A stretch of 64,000 bases of DNA from Sminthopsis crassicaudata. Its lineage: Eukaryota. A program made the position numbers and the translations under genes. Below the pieces are notes generated by a model that worked only from the letters and a program-made list of their open reading frames with translations, was not told the origin of the DNA and did no database searches. The DNA is taken from the NCBI RefSeq assembly GCF_048593235.1, contig NC_133622.1, forward strand, positions 199,609,198 to 199,673,197. The letters are read 5' to 3'. Position 1 is the first letter of the stretch, and the number at the start of each line of letters is the position of its first letter. This document shows positions 62,331 through 64,000 of the stretch, one piece after another.

Positions 62331-63873
62331 CAAACAACTGGTGAAAAAGTGAATAGGGCTTTGGGCTTTGAGTCAGAAAGATCTGAGTTCAATTTGGCCT
62401 CAGACACTTTTGATCTGTGTGATCTTGGGCAAGTCACTTGCTTTCTAAATTCTAGTATAGTTGAACTGGCACAATCATAGGCATTTGAAGAACCTACTAA
62501 CAAAGAAAATTTAACATCTAACCCACAATTTATGAATGAGCTTATTGATACCCGGGACGGACAGTGATTTGACCAATGCTGCAAAGGTAATGAGGGGGAG
62601 AGCTGAGTTTGAACCCAGGTAATAGATAGAACCATAGATTTGAGAGAAACAAAGAAGTCATGTAGTCCAAACTCTTCCATTTTATAGATGAAGAAACCGA
62701 GGCACAGATAAATTCAGAGTTAATGATCAAGGTAACAATTCTTTTAGGTAACAGAACCAAAATTCAAATGCTGGTTCTCTGACTCCAGATGCAGGATGTT
62801 TTCCTTTAAATTCACACAGTTCTCACCTAAGACTCTAAGGTAGAAAGAGTCTTCAGGTTGTCAGATTCTACTTGGGGTTTAGACAGTAATAATGTAGACA
62901 GATTGCAAATCTTTGACATTTGGAGTCCTAGTCTTTCAATCTTAATGCAAAGTGTGCTCCCAAGGTAAAATTAGGCTCTTGGTGGTTCCATTCTGCCTCT
63001 CCTCCCAGTTCCCTGGGTGCTAATTAACACATCTCCAGAGTTGTTAGAGAGGAAAAGTATGAAGGTGGGTCACCCCATCAGAATTCGGACTCCCCTGAGA
63101 GGCCAATAATTCCTTTGATAGAAGCTGGTGAGAGGAACTCGGGACTCTTTCTGTACAAATAAGTCATCCAGGGCAAGGTATGATTTTTCAGCCATTAGTC
63201 AGAGCAAGCCAGACTGATTGTACCTTACAGGAGGAGCCGGGAGGACTTAACTTTAAGGAATCTCTAAAGGAAGAGACTATGAGGAAACCTTGAATGATTT
63301 ATGTGCCAGTAACTTTCTTTTCATTCAAGTCCAGCTTCCTGCATCCCCAAATCCCAGACAAATCCTCCTCTCCCAGGATCTCAAGCTAACTGGTCTCTCA
63401 TTGTCCTGCTTTTCCCATTGTCTTTCTGTGCCTCTTTGTCTTCTCCCCCCTCTCTCTGTACCTCTTCTACCATGCTGGCAGTGGACAAACAAGAGGACCA
63501 ACACCGTAGGCCCTCCTGGCTCAAGAGAGATATTACAGATATTAGAGAACACCAAGAGATTAGGAACAGGAAAGAGAATCCAATCAATTTAAGTGCCAAA
63601 AAATGATTATTGAAAGTCAACTATTGCAAGACTCTAATTTGGCACAGAAACAGCCTAGGTCCTTGAGGATTCTAGGAAGAAAAAAGATAAACATTTATTA
63701 ACATATGATATGGAGGTAACAAAATTCATGAAGAGTTCACTTTCAGCCAAAAGTTCCAAGACAGCTTTCTGGAGGAGGTGATCATTTTGGGACGAGTATG
63801 ATTTAAACAGGTATTAAAGGGTGGGGTAATCCACTGGTGCCCTTCTAATGTCAAATGAGTTGAATAAAGCAAG

Positions 63874-64000
63874 GGTTTGCCCTTTTTACATCATGGACCC
63901 CTTTTGGCAAATAGGCAATGTTTATCCCTTTTAGAATTATGTTTTTAAATACATAGAGTTAAATAGGAAATTAATTCTGTTGAAATACAGTTATTAAAGT
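63874..64000. mobile_element. hAT-like MITE, truncated by the window edge
   Basis: catcatggacccttttggca..atgtttttaaatacata. Confidence 0.6.

Overview
Eukaryotic (mammalian) genomic DNA. The repeat content (MAR1/WSINE1-type CORE-SINEs, marsupial L1 tails, RTE, abundant MIR/L2/CR1-L3, an OC1-type hAT MITE) and strong CpG depletion point to a marsupial, probably a dasyurid such as the Tasmanian devil (inference). Two genes converge tail-to-tail. Minus strand: the 3' part of KCNC1 (Kv3.1), with exon 2 at 58772-57839 (S1-S6; the pore lies inside a 132-N gap), the Kv3.1a read-through tail ending at the stop 57807, exon 3 at 44037-43849, exon 4 CDS at 41081-41017 and a poly(A) signal at 39666-39671. 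Exon 1 lies right of the window. Plus strand: the terminal exon of SERGEF (30527-30798, AATAAA 30840-30845), preceded by more than 30 kb of its last intron. Nearly all other ORF-track entries are spurious or decayed retroelement pieces. There is no evidence of a wholly new gene system. The most interesting signals concern KCNC1 3'-end and splicing control: a strand-biased RBFOX motif cluster in intron 3, a possible third read-through isoform ending RKGM*, a predicted ~10.7-kb Kv3.1a UTR whose poly(A) site is followed by a GU-rich minisatellite, G-quadruplexes in both isoform UTRs, and an RE1-like motif embedded in S6 codons. Other signals are RFX X-boxes in the SERGEF intron, a 7SL retrocopy, a horizontally acquired-type OC1 MITE and several TSD-resolved nested retroinsertions. 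Comparisons with human proteins and repeat consensi are from memory, not from a search, and repeat boundaries are approximate.
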